A DNA stretch of 24,233 bases from Meiothermus sp. (lineage in GTDB: Bacteria; Deinococcota; Deinococci; Deinococcales; Thermaceae). The translations under genes were made by a program, and so were the position numbers. The notes below the pieces were generated by a model. The model made no database searches and was not told where the DNA came from. It saw nothing but the letters and a program-made list of their open reading frames with translations. Shown piece after piece: positions 1 to 9,541 of the stretch. The stretch covers positions 1 to 24,233 of the forward strand of contig JANRLD010000092.1 in NCBI GenBank assembly GCA_033762915.1, in the 5' to 3' direction. Numbering within the stretch: the first letter of the stretch is position 1; each line of letters begins with the position of its first letter.

Positions 1-623
1 TCGGCGCAAAGCCCGAGGCCGAGCGCCTGACCCGCTCGCTCTTTGCCGATCCCGCACCCGCCCGCGTACAGATCACCTTCGGCACCGATGCCAAGGCCTT
101 CGGCGCCATCGCCCGCGTGACCAGTATCCGCGATCTCAACGACTTCGTGACCATGACCGGAGGCACCGCCCGGTATGTCCAGGAGGAAGACCGCCTCGAG
201 ATGAACCTCCGGCCCTCCCCCAAGTCCATCGAACTCCAGCAGGGCCGCAGCAAGAGCTGGGGCAGCCGCCTTGAGTACGACAACCAGAGCGGCGAGGCGC
301 GGGTCAGCGGCCCGATCGAAATCGAGCGCTCGGGCGACAAGCCCCTCACCGGCACTGCCAAGGAGATGATTTACAACGTTGACGACGAAATCCTGCGCCT
401 GTTCGGAGAGATCCGGCTGGTCCAAGACGGGCGCACCTCCACCGCCGAGAGCGCGGTGGTGCGCGAAAAAGACCGTACCGCCTTCCTCTTCGGCACCAAG
501 GAAAAGCCGGTGAAGAGCGTGAACAAGGACGGCACCGTTGAGGGCACCCGCCTGCAGTACAACCTGGACACGGGGGACGTGGTGGTGCTCGAGGGCGTCA
601 AGGGCGAGTTCAGGGACCCGTAG
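1..623 (+). CDS. LptA/OstA-like beta-jellyroll envelope protein, 5'-truncated by the window edge
   Basis: The frame of ORF 117..623 stays open back to base 3. Repeating beta-strand pattern typical of OstA/LptA (LEYDNQSGEARVSGPIEIER, MIYNVDDEILRLFGEIRLVQ, LQYNLDTGDVVVLEGVKG). Confidence 0.6.
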   Translation, partial: GAKPEAERLTRSLFADPAPARVQITFGTDAKAFGAIARVTSIRDLNDFVTMTGGTARYVQEEDRLEMNLRPSPKSIELQQGRSKSWGSRLEYDNQSGEARVSGPIEIERSGDKPLTGTAKEMIYNVDDEILRLFGEIRLVQDGRTSTAESAVVREKDRTAFLFGTKEKPVKSVNKDGTVEGTRLQYNLDTGDVVVLEGVKGEFRDP

Positions 624-649
624 GGTGCGACCGGAAAACTCCTCCCCAG

Positions 650-1597
650 CTATTCCTGAAACCTGCCCAACCCCCTAAACCGCCGGTAGCGGTCCTCGAA
701 GAGCTCCTCACGGCCCATGCCTTTGAGCTCGAGGAGGGTGGTGAGCAGCGCGACCTTGATGTTGGCGAAGGTGGAGGTGGGGTCGCGGTGGGCTCCGCCG
801 CCGGGCTCGGGGATGATGCGGTCGATGATGCCGAGCTCGAGCAGGTCGGGCGCTGTGAGCTTCAGCGCCTCGGCGGCCTTCTCCGCCTCCTTGGCGTCGC
901 GCCAGAGGATCGCCGCACAGCTTTCGGGGGAAATGACCGAGTACCAGGCGTTCTCGAGCATCAGCACCCGGTTGCCCACCCCGATCGCCAGTGCCCCGCC
1001 CGATCCGCCCTCGCCCAGCACGATGGCCACGGCGGGCACCCTGAGGCGGGCCATCCGCTGGATACTCTGGGCGATCACCCAGGCCTGGCCGCGCTCCTCG
1101 GCGGTAATGCCGGGGTAGGCCCCAGGGGTGTCGATGAAGGCGATAAAGGGGTGGCCGAAACGGTCGGCCATGTCCATCAGCCGCATAGCCTTGCGGTAGC
1201 CCTCGGGGTGGGGCATGGCGAAGTTGCGGCGGATGTTTTCCTTGGTGTCGCGGCCCTTCTGGTGCCCCACCACCACCACCGGGGTGCTGTTGAAGTGGGC
1301 CAGCCCGCCCACCACCGCCGCGTCGTCGCTGTAGGCCCGGTCGCCAGACAGCTCGATGAAGTCGGTCATGGTGCCCTCGATCACGTCGAGTGCGGTGGGC
1401 CGCCCCTGCGCCCGCGCGAGCTGTACCCGCTCCCACCTCGAGAGGTTGTCGAAGGTCTCCGACTTGAGCTGGGCCAGCCGCGACTTAAGCACCGAAAGCT
1501 CCCCGGATAGGTTCACCCCGCTCTGGGCCGCGAACCCCTCCAACTCGGCGATCTTGGCCTCGAGGTCGGAAATCGGTTTCTCGAAGTCTAGTGGCAT
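650..1597 (-). CDS. accA: Acetyl-CoA carboxylase carboxyltransferase alpha subunit
   Basis: LDFEKPI N-terminus, [55 protein letters not shown]; adjacent to accD. Confidence 0.97.
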   Translation of the reverse strand: MPLDFEKPISDLEAKIAELEGFAAQSGVNLSGELSVLKSRLAQLKSETFDNLSRWERVQLARAQGRPTALDVIEGTMTDFIELSGDRAYSDDAAVVGGLAHFNSTPVVVVGHQKGRDTKENIRRNFAMPHPEGYRKAMRLMDMADRFGHPFIAFIDTPGAYPGITAEERGQAWVIAQSIQRMARLRVPAVAIVLGEGGSGGALAIGVGNRVLMLENAWYSVISPESCAAILWRDAKEAEKAAEALKLTAPDLLELGIIDRIIPEPGGGAHRDPTSTFANIKVALLTTLLELKGMGREELFEDRYRRFRGLGRFQE

Positions 1598-1616
1598 AGC
1601 GACGCTCTCCCCAGGC

Positions 1617-2459
1617 TCATACCGCCCTCGGGTACAGATGCTTGAGCACCAGCCCCACCTGCTCCTTAAGCACCCTGCGGTCGGTCACCTTGTCCACCAT
1701 GCCGTGCTTGAGCAAGAATTCAGAGCGCTGGAAGCCCTCAGGGAGGTCTTGGCGGATGGTCTGCTTGATGACCCTGGGCCCGGCAAAACCCACCAAAGCC
1801 CCCGGCTCGGCGAAGATCACGTCGGCAATGGCGGCGAAGCTGGCGGTCACGCCGCCGGTGGTGGGGTCGGAGAGAATGGAGATGTAGGGGAGCCGCCTGG
1901 CCCACAGGCGATCCAGGGCCAACGTGGTCTTGGCCATCTGCATCAGCGAAAGGGCGGCCTCCTGCATCCTGGCTCCGCCCGAGGCCGAGACGATGATCAT
2001 GGCCCGGTTCTCGGCGGCGGCCAGCTCGATGCCCCGCGTAATCTCCTCGCCCACCACGCTACCCATGCTGCCACCCGCGAAGCCGATGTCCATCACCATC
2101 AGCACGGCGGGAGTGCCCGCCACGGCGCAGCGCCCGCCCACGATGGCATCGGGGCGTCCGGCCTCCTTCTGGTAGCGCTCGAGCTTTTTGGGGTAGGGCT
2201 CGGTGTCCACGAAGGACAGGGGGTCGGTGGGCTTGAGGCCGGTAGTCTGCTGGAAGCTGCCCTCGTCAGCCAGCAGTTGGATGCGCTTGGCGGCCGAGAG
2301 GCGCATGTGGTGGCCGCAGTGGGTACAGACGTGCCAGTTGGCCTCGAGGTCTTTTTTGTAGATCTGCTTCTCGCAGCTGGGGCACTTGACCCACAACTCC
2401 GGTACGTCCCTCGCCTCGCCCTGTGGACGGCGACGGCGGAATAACCGCTCCAAAGCCAT
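1617..2459 (-). CDS. accD: Acetyl-CoA carboxylase carboxyltransferase beta subunit
   Basis: C4 zinc ribbon (LWVKCPSC...VCTHCGHH), [48 protein letters not shown]. Confidence 0.97.
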   Translation of the reverse strand: MALERLFRRRRPQGEARDVPELWVKCPSCEKQIYKKDLEANWHVCTHCGHHMRLSAAKRIQLLADEGSFQQTTGLKPTDPLSFVDTEPYPKKLERYQKEAGRPDAIVGGRCAVAGTPAVLMVMDIGFAGGSMGSVVGEEITRGIELAAAENRAMIIVSASGGARMQEAALSLMQMAKTTLALDRLWARRLPYISILSDPTTGGVTASFAAIADVIFAEPGALVGFAGPRVIKQTIRQDLPEGFQRSEFLLKHGMVDKVTDRRVLKEQVGLVLKHLYPRAV

Positions 2460-2776
2460 AACCGCTATATCTTATACCCTAGGATGAGAATCTAAGGGAA
2501 GTCCGGGGCTGACCAGGGCCGTCGGGATAGACCAGCCCGCCAAACCATCAACGCGGCAGGCGCTAGCCTTCCCGGGCGCCGAGCGGTTCACAGGCCAAGA
2601 TGCCCCATGCGTACAGGCCGCCAATTCAGCGTGCTGCGGCCTGTTCCATGAATCAGATTGGGGTCCGCCATTAGTCCCAAACGGCCCCGATTATGGCAGC
2701 CTTCCGACAGGGCGTGTTGCTGCATCTCGCCCGAAGGAGTGCTCGAGGTTGGACGGAGTACAAACTCAAGCTCAAG

Positions 2777-2869
2777 TAGGGTTCGCACGCCTACTCGGTA
2801 CGGCAAAACCCGCCGTACCGAGTGCATCACAGTGCTATACGAGCGCCGTGATAGAGGGAAACGCGATCA
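2777..2869. repeat. Dispersed MITE/REP-like repeat, copy A
   Basis: Perfect 12-bp hairpin ACTCGGTACGGC-aaaaccc-GCCGTACCGAGT (2793-2823); ends GCCGTG...GGGAAACGCGAT like copies B and C. Confidence 0.55.
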
Positions 2870-2920
2870 GGGCACCTGCCGGCCATCCCCACGTTCCTGG
2901 GCCGACACGGCAACTCCCCT

Positions 2921-3012
2921 TAGAGCGATTCCCACGCACACTCCCCACAGCGGTTTTTGCTGTAGGGAGTACATTACCGCCGTGAGGGAGGTAATGGGGG
3001 GAAACGCGATTA
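2921..3012. repeat. Dispersed MITE/REP-like repeat, copy B
   Basis: TAGAGCGATTCCCAC...GGGAAACGCGATTA imperfect terminal inverted repeat; internal hairpin ACTCCCCACAGC-ggttttt-GCTGTAGGGAGT; collinear with copy C at 8923-9018; abuts the obg stop codon. Confidence 0.7.
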
Positions 3013-4317
3013 GACCTCGGGGATGTACTCGAACTCTTGCTTGCCGAAGCGTACGGTGTCACCCGCGCGGACGCCGTTCTTCTTCAGGGCGGACTCGACG
3101 CGGTAGCGGCGGAATAGTTCTTGTAGGTAGCCGCTGGCTTCCATCATGTCGCCTTTCAGGCGGTCGAGGTGGCGCTGCACCTGGGGAGCGTCCACCTCGA
3201 ACACGCCGGGCTCGAGCTCGACCACATTGATATGGGTGGCGGCCGGTGTTTTGGGCTTGGGGGTGAGCATCTGGGGTCTGGGGGAGGCGGCCACCAGGGC
3301 GAAAAGCGCATCCACAACTTCGGTGAGCCCCGTCCGATCGGCCATCGAGGCCGGAAGGACGGGCAGCCCGAACCGGGACAGCTCGCCCAGGGCCGCCTCG
3401 ACCTCCTCGGGCGATAACAGGTCTACCTTGTTAAGCACCACCAAAGCCTGGCGGTTTAGGATGCTGGGGTCGTAGGCCCGGATCTCGCCCTGGAGCATAT
3501 CCAGGGTCTGAACGGGGTTGTCCGAGCCGTCTAGAACGTAGAGCAGCACCCGGTTGCGGGCAATATGGCGGAGGAACTCCAGGCCAAGCCCCTCGCCCTG
3601 TGCAGCCCCCTCAATAATGCCAGGGATGTCGGCAATGGTGATGCGCTCCTCCCACAGCCGGTCGCCCTCAAGCTTAACCCAGCCCGGCGCGTCGTCCACC
3701 CGCACCGCCTCGCCCCGCACCAGCACTCCCAGGTTGGGGGCCAGGGTGGTGAAGGGGTAGTTGGCGATTTTGGGCTTGGCGTTGGTGAGGGCGGCCAACA
3801 GGCTGCTTTTGCCGGCGTTGGGGTAGCCGACCAGCCCCACGTCGGCCAGCAGCATCAGCTCGAGGCGCAGGCGGCGCTTCTCGCCCGGCTCGCCCGCCTC
3901 GGCAAAGCGCGGTCCCTGGCGGGTCGGGGTGACAAAGCGGGGGTTTCCCCAGCCGCCCTTGCCGCCCTTGGCCGCCACAAACGTCTGGCCCTCTTCGATG
4001 AGGTCGGCCAGCAGCTCGCCGCTCTCTGCGTCAAAGACCCGGGTGCCCAGAGGCACCTGGATCACCATGTCCTGGCCGCCCTTGCCGAAGAGCCCCTTGC
4101 CCATGCCGTGCTGCCCGCTCTCGGCCTTGAACTGCCGCTTGGAGATGTTGGAGAGCGAGTCCACCTGTCCCAGGGCCTCGAGGATCACCGACCCCCCGTT
4201 TCCCCCGTCCCCCCCATCCGGCCCGCCCTTAGCAATGAAGCGCTCACGCCAGAAGCTAATACACCCGTCTCCCCCGTTCCCGGCGGCGACGCTGATTTCT
4301 AAGGTATCTCTAAACAT
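3010..4317 (-). CDS. obgE: GTPase Obg/CgtA
   Basis: Gly-rich Obg fold (AGNGGDGC...[12 protein letters not shown]), G1 [22 protein letters not shown]-terminal OCT domain ending FEYI; follows rplU-rpmA. Confidence 0.97.
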   Translation of the reverse strand: MFRDTLEISVAAGNGGDGCISFWRERFIAKGGPDGGDGGNGGSVILEALGQVDSLSNISKRQFKAESGQHGMGKGLFGKGGQDMVIQVPLGTRVFDAESGELLADLIEEGQTFVAAKGGKGGWGNPRFVTPTRQGPRFAEAGEPGEKRRLRLELMLLADVGLVGYPNAGKSSLLAALTNAKPKIANYPFTTLAPNLGVLVRGEAVRVDDAPGWVKLEGDRLWEERITIADIPGIIEGAAQGEGLGLEFLRHIARNRVLLYVLDGSDNPVQTLDMLQGEIRAYDPSILNRQALVVLNKVDLLSPEEVEAALGELSRFGLPVLPASMADRTGLTEVVDALFALVAASPRPQMLTPKPKTPAATHINVVELEPGVFEVDAPQVQRHLDRLKGDMMEASGYLQELFRRYRVESALKKNGVRAGDTVRFGKQEFEYIPEV

Positions 4318-4402
4318 TTGTGAACCTCGGGAGGCTGCTGGGAGCGGGGGAGAAGCCGCACCACCCGGCTTTTGTTCCCTTTATCCCCTTGCTTCGCCCA
4401 TC

Positions 4403-4451
4403 AAAAAATCGAGGCGGGAAGGTGGAAGCCTTTGGCTCCCGCTTCCCGCCT
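4403..4451 (-). terminator. Probable intrinsic terminator after rpmA
   Basis: Minus strand AGGCGGGAAG-CGGGAGCC-aaa-GGCTTCCAC-CTTCCCGCCT followed by CGATTTTTT. Confidence 0.6.
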
Positions 4452-4464
4452 GTTGCTACGCTGT

Positions 4465-4740
4465 TTAGTCGCCTGCTTTGGCGAGTTCGGGGGCTTGGAC
4501 GAGGACGAAGCGGCCCATGCGGCCCTTGTCCTTAAACTTCACCACACCGCTCACCAGGGCAAACAGGGTGAAGTCGCGGCCTTGGCCGACGCCCGCACCG
4601 GCCTGGAACTTGGTGCCGCGCTGGCGCACCAATACGTTACCGGCCTTGACAACCTCGCCCTCGAAGCGCTTCACGCCCAGCCGTTTGGCCTGGGAGTCGC
4701 GCCCGTTCTTGGTCGAACCGAGACCCTTTTTATGTGCCAT
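4465..4740 (-). CDS. rpmA: 50S ribosomal protein L27
   Basis: [24 protein letters not shown]...VRQRGT; GGAG SD upstream. Confidence 0.98.
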   Translation of the reverse strand: MAHKKGLGSTKNGRDSQAKRLGVKRFEGEVVKAGNVLVRQRGTKFQAGAGVGQGRDFTLFALVSGVVKFKDKGRMGRFVLVQAPELAKAGD

Positions 4741-4830
4741 AGTTTGCTCCTTTGAAGGGCTGAGGGCCGTAGGCTTAAGGCTGAAGGCTAGGGTTAGCGC
4801 TCGGCCTTAGGCGTTCGGCCTTCGCCGGAG

Positions 4831-5136
4831 TTAAGCGCGAATCTCCTTGATGACTACGTCGGTATAGGGCTGGCGGTGTCCGCGCTTGCGGCGGTAGTGG
4901 ATCTTGGCCTTGAACTTGGCCACGATCACCTTCTTGCCCTTGCCGTGCTCGACCACCTCGGCGACCACCTTCGCCCCGGGGACGGTGGGACTTCCCACCA
5001 CGGTCTGCTCGCCGCCCAGCATCAGGGCGTCGAACTCCACGGTCTGACCGGGCTCGAGCTCGAGCTTCTCCACGCGCAGCTTCGCACCGGCCTCGGCGCG
5101 GTACTGCTTCCCGCCTGTCTTGATGATTGCAAACAT
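4831..5136 (-). CDS. rplU: 50S ribosomal protein L21
   Basis: MFAIIKTGGKQY...GHRQPYT. Confidence 0.98.
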   Translation of the reverse strand: MFAIIKTGGKQYRAEAGAKLRVEKLELEPGQTVEFDALMLGGEQTVVGSPTVPGAKVVAEVVEHGKGKKVIVAKFKAKIHYRRKRGHRQPYTDVVIKEIRA

Positions 5137-5532
5137 TCGCTGCTCCGTTCAGTGGTTTGTCGGCAATGCCGGAAACCCACGGGTTACTTGAATAACCCAG
5201 CCAACTGATAACTATAGCCTGAGTCTGGCGATACCGCAAGGGTGCACAAACCTGGCGTTTTGGCCTGGCCGCACGCGGGGGTCTCGAGGCGAGGCGCCGA
5301 CAAGATAGGGCTACCCGCCCGGTAGCGGGGCAAAGCACAGCTGTCAAAGTTCGCACCGTTTACGATCGGGGAATGCCACGGCCGTGGCGGTGATGCCCTC
5401 CCCGCGCATGCCCCGCCGTGACTCCAGCCACCGCCCGCAGAGGGACAGGGCATTGTGGCGAACGGGCGGTGCTTGCGGGTATCCGCGGCACGCCGGAGCA
5501 CCTGGCGACCACCTTCCCAAGGGTAAGTCCTG

Positions 5533-5600
5533 TGCTATACTCTTTGGGTTGCCGGGTTGCCAAGACTGGTTCGCCAGCACCCGCGCGGCAGGAGCATGCG
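5533..5600 (+). promoter_or_regulatory. Extended -10 promoter and structured 5' leader of rpmI-rplT
   Basis: TG-c-TATACT at 5533-5541; nested pairings TGCCG/CGGCA, GGGT(T)GC/GCACCC and CTGG-ttcg-CCAG end right at the GGAG SD (5591-5594). Confidence 0.5.
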
Positions 5601-5807
5601 ATGCCCAAGACCAAAATGAAAACCCACAAGGGTGCCAAGAACCGCGTGAAGATTAGCGCGTCTGGCAAAGTAACCGCCAAGCGTCCCGGAAAGCGCCACC
5701 TCAACTGGCACAAGTCGGGCAGCACTCGCCGCAGCAAGGGCCGCGACTTCACCTTTTCCGCTGGTGAAGAGCGCCGCGTTCACGAGCTGATGCCCTACGA
5801 CGTGTAA
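5601..5807 (+). CDS. rpmI: 50S ribosomal protein L35 (true start 5601, not 5418)
   Basis: MPKTKMKTHKGAKNRVKISASGKV...GKRHLN; SD GGAG six bases before the ATG. Confidence 0.97.
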   Translation: MPKTKMKTHKGAKNRVKISASGKVTAKRPGKRHLNWHKSGSTRRSKGRDFTFSAGEERRVHELMPYDV

Positions 5808-5825
5808 AGGAAGAGGTGATATAGA

Positions 5826-6173
5826 ATGCCACGCGCAAAGACCGGCGTAGTCCGCCGCCGCAAGCACAAGGCCATCCTTAAGCGGGCCAAGGGCTTTTAC
5901 GCCCTGCGCTCCAAGAGCGTCCGCAAGGCCCGTGAGACCCTGCTCAACGGGGCCATGCGCTCCTTCAACGACCGGCGCAAGAAGAAGGGCGACATGCGCC
6001 GCCTCTGGATCGTGCGTATCAACGCCGCCGTGCGCCAGCACGGTCTGAGTTACTCCAAGTTCATATACGGACTCAAGCAGGCGGGCATCGAGCTGGATCG
6101 CAAAATTCTGGCCGACATCGCCGTGCGCCAGCCCGAGGCCTTTGCCCAGCTGGTCGCCAAGGCCAAAGCTTAA
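5826..6173 (+). CDS. rplT: 50S ribosomal protein L20
   Basis: [15 protein letters not shown]...[11 protein letters not shown]...[10 protein letters not shown]. Confidence 0.98.
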   Translation: MPRAKTGVVRRRKHKAILKRAKGFYALRSKSVRKARETLLNGAMRSFNDRRKKKGDMRRLWIVRINAAVRQHGLSYSKFIYGLKQAGIELDRKILADIAVRQPEAFAQLVAKAKA

Positions 6174-6184
6174 GCTTTACCTCT

Positions 6185-6216
6185 AAACCGGGGCTCGAGT
6201 ACTCGAGCCCCGGTTT
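6185..6216. terminator. Hairpin/terminator after rplT; perfect 32-bp palindrome
   Basis: AAACCGGGGCTCGAGT|ACTCGAGCCCCGGTTT followed by CTCT, 12 bases after the rplT stop. Confidence 0.75.
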
Positions 6217-6414
6217 CTCTGATCATTAGGGCGAACTCCGTCGCTTATGGTGCTTTCCATCAACATGCCACCACCGTGCAGAGTATTGCGCTCGGTACGG
6301 CAAAAGCGCTGGAGCCGAGGTCGGTCACTGCACCGTTTTGGGGGTCGGCAGCGCAGGCATTGTCCAGCGCCGATTTCACCCCCACTGAGGGCTTTCTAAT
6401 CTATTGACGGTAGC

Positions 6415-6939
6415 ATGGCCGCTGTGAGAAATCCCTTCCCCCTGCTGATTGTCCTGCTGGCCGGCCTGCTGGCGGCCTGCGGCACCGGCGGTACCGCCCC
6501 CACCGACTGTAAGTGCCGGGGCAGCGCCAGCCTGACCCTCAGCGACTTCGCCAACGGGTACAACGGCAGCCAGAGGCCCTTCAGCACAGCCAACGCCATC
6601 ACTCTCTCGGGCAACCTGGCCGTCCAGTCCGAGTACACCGAGGACAACAAGGTCCGGCGGGTCAACGTCGCCATCCTAAGCCCTGTGGCCGGACAGACCT
6701 ATGCAGTAAAACGGGGCACCCAGAGCAACGGGGCCACCGTAGGCTACCGCGACGAGAACCGGCTGTGGACGGCCGCCGACGGCGCAGGCAGCGTTCGGGT
6801 GGATGCGGTCAACCAGGCCGACGGGACTTTCACCTACACCCTGATTAACGTCGTGGTCAGCACCGACAGCACCGCCGAGGGCGGCCCCAGGGGGAGCGTC
6901 AACCTCAACGGCACTCTCAGTGTGGTCAAGACACCTTAA
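6415..6939 (+). CDS. Hypothetical lipoprotein (start may be GTG 6424)
   Basis: Hydrophobic signal ending in lipobox LLAAC, Gly/Thr linker, beta-rich mature domain; GC3-rich codons. Confidence 0.8.
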   Translation: MAAVRNPFPLLIVLLAGLLAACGTGGTAPTDCKCRGSASLTLSDFANGYNGSQRPFSTANAITLSGNLAVQSEYTEDNKVRRVNVAILSPVAGQTYAVKRGTQSNGATVGYRDENRLWTAADGAGSVRVDAVNQADGTFTYTLINVVVSTDSTAEGGPRGSVNLNGTLSVVKTP

Positions 6940-7008
6940 TGGCGCAACATCGACCTTCTACCGTTTCGTGACGCTTTCCCGCCACCTGTAGCGTAATACA
7001 ATGCATTC

Positions 7009-8130
7009 ATGGCGGTGTTAACCAGCGATCAGCGGATGGTGCTCGAGATGGTGCGGGAGGTCTGCCGGGACGTGCTGTGGGAGAAAGCCCCCGAGTACGA
7101 CGCCTCGGGCGCGTACCCCTGGCCGCAGCTCAGTCAATTGGGCGAGCTGGGCCTGCTGGGCATGACCACCCCCGAGGAGTGGGGCGGGGCGGGCCTGGAC
7201 TCGGCCACCTGGGTGCTGGCGATGGAGGAAATCGCCGCAGCCGACCCCAGCGTGGCGGTAATTCTCTCAGTGACCTCGGGCCTGCCGCAGTACATGCTGA
7301 ACAAGTTTGGCACTCCCGAACAAAAGATGCGCTTCCTGGTTCCGTTGGCCAAGGGCGAGTGGATCGGAGCTTTCTGCCTGACCGAGCCCCACGCGGGCTC
7401 CGACCCCGGGGCGATGAAGCTCCAGGCCCGCCGGGTGGAGGGCGGCTGGCAGCTGGACGGGGTGAAGAACTGGGTAACCTCGGGCGGGCAAGCCCAGGTC
7501 TACGTGGTGATGGCGCGGGGGGAGTCTGGCATCTCTACCTTCATTGTTGAAAAAGAGTCCGCCGGGCTCAGCTTCGGCAGACCGGAGGAGAAAATGGGGC
7601 TGCACGCCGCCCACACCTGCGAGGTGCGTTTCGACGGCGTGTTCGTGCCCGAGGGGAACCTGCTGGGCACCGAGGGGCGCGGGCTGGGACAGGCGCTGGC
7701 CGGCCTGGACTCCGGGCGAATCGGGATCGCGGCCCAGGCCGTGGGGATGGCCAAGGGGGCCTTCGAGATCGCCCGCCGCTACGCCGACGAACGCACCCAG
7801 TTCGGCCACAAGCTGCGCGAGCACCAGGCCGTGGCCTTCAAGCTGGCCGAGATGCACACCCGCATCGCGGCGGCGCGGGCCCTGACTCTCGAGGCCGCCC
7901 ACACCAAAGACCGGGGCCAGCGGTTCAGCCTCGAGGCCAGCTCCGCCAAGCTGGTAGCCTCGGACGCCGCTGTAACTGTCACACGCGACGCGGTACAAGT
8001 CTTGGGCGGATATGGCTACCACCGCGACTACCGGGTAGAGCGCTACTACCGCGACGCCAAGATCACCGAAATCTACGAGGGCACCTCCGAGATTCAAAAG
8101 ATGGTGATCGCACGAGAGCTATATCGGTAG
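7009..8130 (+). CDS. Acyl-CoA dehydrogenase (short/branched-chain type)
   Basis: GAFCLTEPHAGSD, GVKNWVT, EEKMGL, LDSGRIGIAAQAVG, RTQFG, VQVLGGYGY, IYEGTSEIQK; TACAAT six bases before the ATG (leaderless). Confidence 0.95.
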   Translation: MAVLTSDQRMVLEMVREVCRDVLWEKAPEYDASGAYPWPQLSQLGELGLLGMTTPEEWGGAGLDSATWVLAMEEIAAADPSVAVILSVTSGLPQYMLNKFGTPEQKMRFLVPLAKGEWIGAFCLTEPHAGSDPGAMKLQARRVEGGWQLDGVKNWVTSGGQAQVYVVMARGESGISTFIVEKESAGLSFGRPEEKMGLHAAHTCEVRFDGVFVPEGNLLGTEGRGLGQALAGLDSGRIGIAAQAVGMAKGAFEIARRYADERTQFGHKLREHQAVAFKLAEMHTRIAAARALTLEAAHTKDRGQRFSLEASSAKLVASDAAVTVTRDAVQVLGGYGYHRDYRVERYYRDAKITEIYEGTSEIQKMVIARELYR

Positions 8131-8391
8131 CGGCAGTTGCGGCCCAAACAATCCCATCGAGGACACATGGCTGTAGGCCTGTGAGCCTGCCTCAAACACG
8201 GTGAATGGCCAGGTTACCGCAATCGGAGGGACGAGGGGCCATCGCCAGAAGAGGTGATCAAATCACCGAGCGACACAGGGCCCGGCGACCAGACATGGTT
8301 AGCGGCTATATCAACGCAAAGGCAGCAGGGCGTCGCCTGACCCTGCGCCCAGCCCATCACACAGCGCGGCAGCCCTCGGATAAAATGACCC

Positions 8392-8925
8392 ATGAGACTG
8401 CTTTTTCTGGTTCTGCTGCTCTGCTCGAGCTTTTCCCTGGCCCAGTCGCGGTTTGCCCTAAGCTACCCGACCCAGGATGTCCTAACGCAAGCCCAAACCT
8501 CTCCCCTACCCCCGCGACCCAGCTGGGACCGGCTCCTGTTCGGACCAGCGCCGGAGGGGTACCGGGGGTTGGCCATCTCGAGCCGGCTGCTGGCCTGGAG
8601 CGTGCCTTGGACGCTTGCCGGTTCCACGGCGGGGCTGCTCACCGACGACCCCTGGAGCCGCTCGTTCTGGTTGACCAACTCGGTGTGGGCGGCGGTGAAC
8701 TCGGGCATCGCCCTCGCGGGGCTGCTGGGGCCGGAACCGGAGCAGAACCAATTGCGCGACTTGCTGTACATCAACGCGGCGATCGACGTGGGGTACATGG
8801 CCCTGGGGACGGTGCTGCTGCTACAGAGCGACACCAGGGCCCAGGGAGCAGGCTGGGCCATCCTGATCCAAGGTGCCTGGCTGCTGGTCTTCGACCTGTT
8901 CAACGGGCTGGCGCTCGAGAACTGA
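8392..8925 (+). CDS. Hypothetical membrane protein with N-terminal signal peptide
   Basis: Signal-like MRLLFLVLLLCSSFSLA and about four hydrophobic segments; TAAAAT five bases before the ATG. Confidence 0.7.
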   Translation: MRLLFLVLLLCSSFSLAQSRFALSYPTQDVLTQAQTSPLPPRPSWDRLLFGPAPEGYRGLAISSRLLAWSVPWTLAGSTAGLLTDDPWSRSFWLTNSVWAAVNSGIALAGLLGPEPEQNQLRDLLYINAAIDVGYMALGTVLLLQSDTRAQGAGWAILIQGAWLLVFDLFNGLALEN

Positions 8926-9018
8926 CAGCGGTTCACACCCATACTCCCTACAGCGTTTTTTGCTTTGGGCAGTAGATTTCCTGCCGCCGTGAGGGGGTAA
9001 GGGCGGGAAATGCGATGA
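8923..9018. repeat. Dispersed MITE/REP-like repeat, copy C
   Basis: AGCGGTTCACACCCATACTCCCTACAGCGTTTTTTGCT...GCCGTGAGGGGGTAA...GGGAAATGCGATGA aligns end to end with 2921-3012; fills the gap between two convergent genes. Confidence 0.7.
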
Positions 9019-9019
9019 G

Positions 9020-9424
9020 TCAGCCCTCGCCCGACAAACTGCACACGAAGGCTATGGCTTCCTCGGCCCCAACCAATCGCGCGTCCCGCCCCGCGAACCA
9101 GGTTCCCAGACCATCCCAGTCCAGCCGCCCCAGGTCGCCCGGCGGGCCCAGGACAATCTTGTGGTCGAGGTCGGCGACCCAGATCATGCCCAATACCTCG
9201 CCCTCGAGCCACGTCCCTACCGGGATTGGCTCTGTTGCGGCCCATACCGCGTCCAGCTCGCTGCCGTCGGCAGGATTCAGGTAGCCGGGCAGCATGCCGT
9301 AGTTGACCGGTGGGAGGCCCCACTCCACCGGCCAAGGCGGGTCCCTGGGCACCAGCCGCACGCCGTCCCAGTCGTAGCGCTCAAGGCTACCCAGGCTCCA
9401 TTCAACCATCATCTTCAGGCGCAT
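9020..9424 (-). CDS. Small family I inorganic pyrophosphatase-like protein
   Basis: PVNYGMLPG, ADGSELDAV and VLGMIWVADLDHKIV resemble the NYG/DGDPLD/D-D-K motifs of soluble PPases; GAGGA SD. Confidence 0.7.
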   Translation of the reverse strand: MRLKMMVEWSLGSLERYDWDGVRLVPRDPPWPVEWGLPPVNYGMLPGYLNPADGSELDAVWAATEPIPVGTWLEGEVLGMIWVADLDHKIVLGPPGDLGRLDWDGLGTWFAGRDARLVGAEEAIAFVCSLSGEG

Positions 9425-9541
9425 GTTTCCTCATGGTCCCGCAATGGCTCGAGGCTACCCAAGCTCCACCCAACAACTCGTTGGGGCAGAGCGTCCCCCA
9501 ATTATCCAGATTTCTGCCGGGGGGAGCCTAGGCAGGTTGGC

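Noticed and set aside
1356..2444. 362-aa + strand ORF, and similar long ORFs such as 708..1436, 8463..9335, 9161..10156, 13416..14327, 14165..15163 and 17336..18271
   Set aside because: Antisense or alternate-frame shadows of well-supported genes, expected in high-GC DNA; no recognisable motifs.
2588..3230. Short ORFs in the obg-accD gap
   Set aside because: They overlap the repeat elements, lack clear ribosome-binding signals and show no gene-like composition.
4755..4825. Short AGGCTnA-type repeats between rplU and rpmA, and a possible Prp protease gene
   Set aside because: Too short and irregular for CRISPR; only an imperfect hairpin. There is no room for prp, and L27 lacks the N-terminal extension.
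6415..6939. Lipoprotein DCKC motif as a substrate for the DUF692 enzyme
   Set aside because: It is about 6.4 kb away with unrelated genes between; nothing in the sequence links them.
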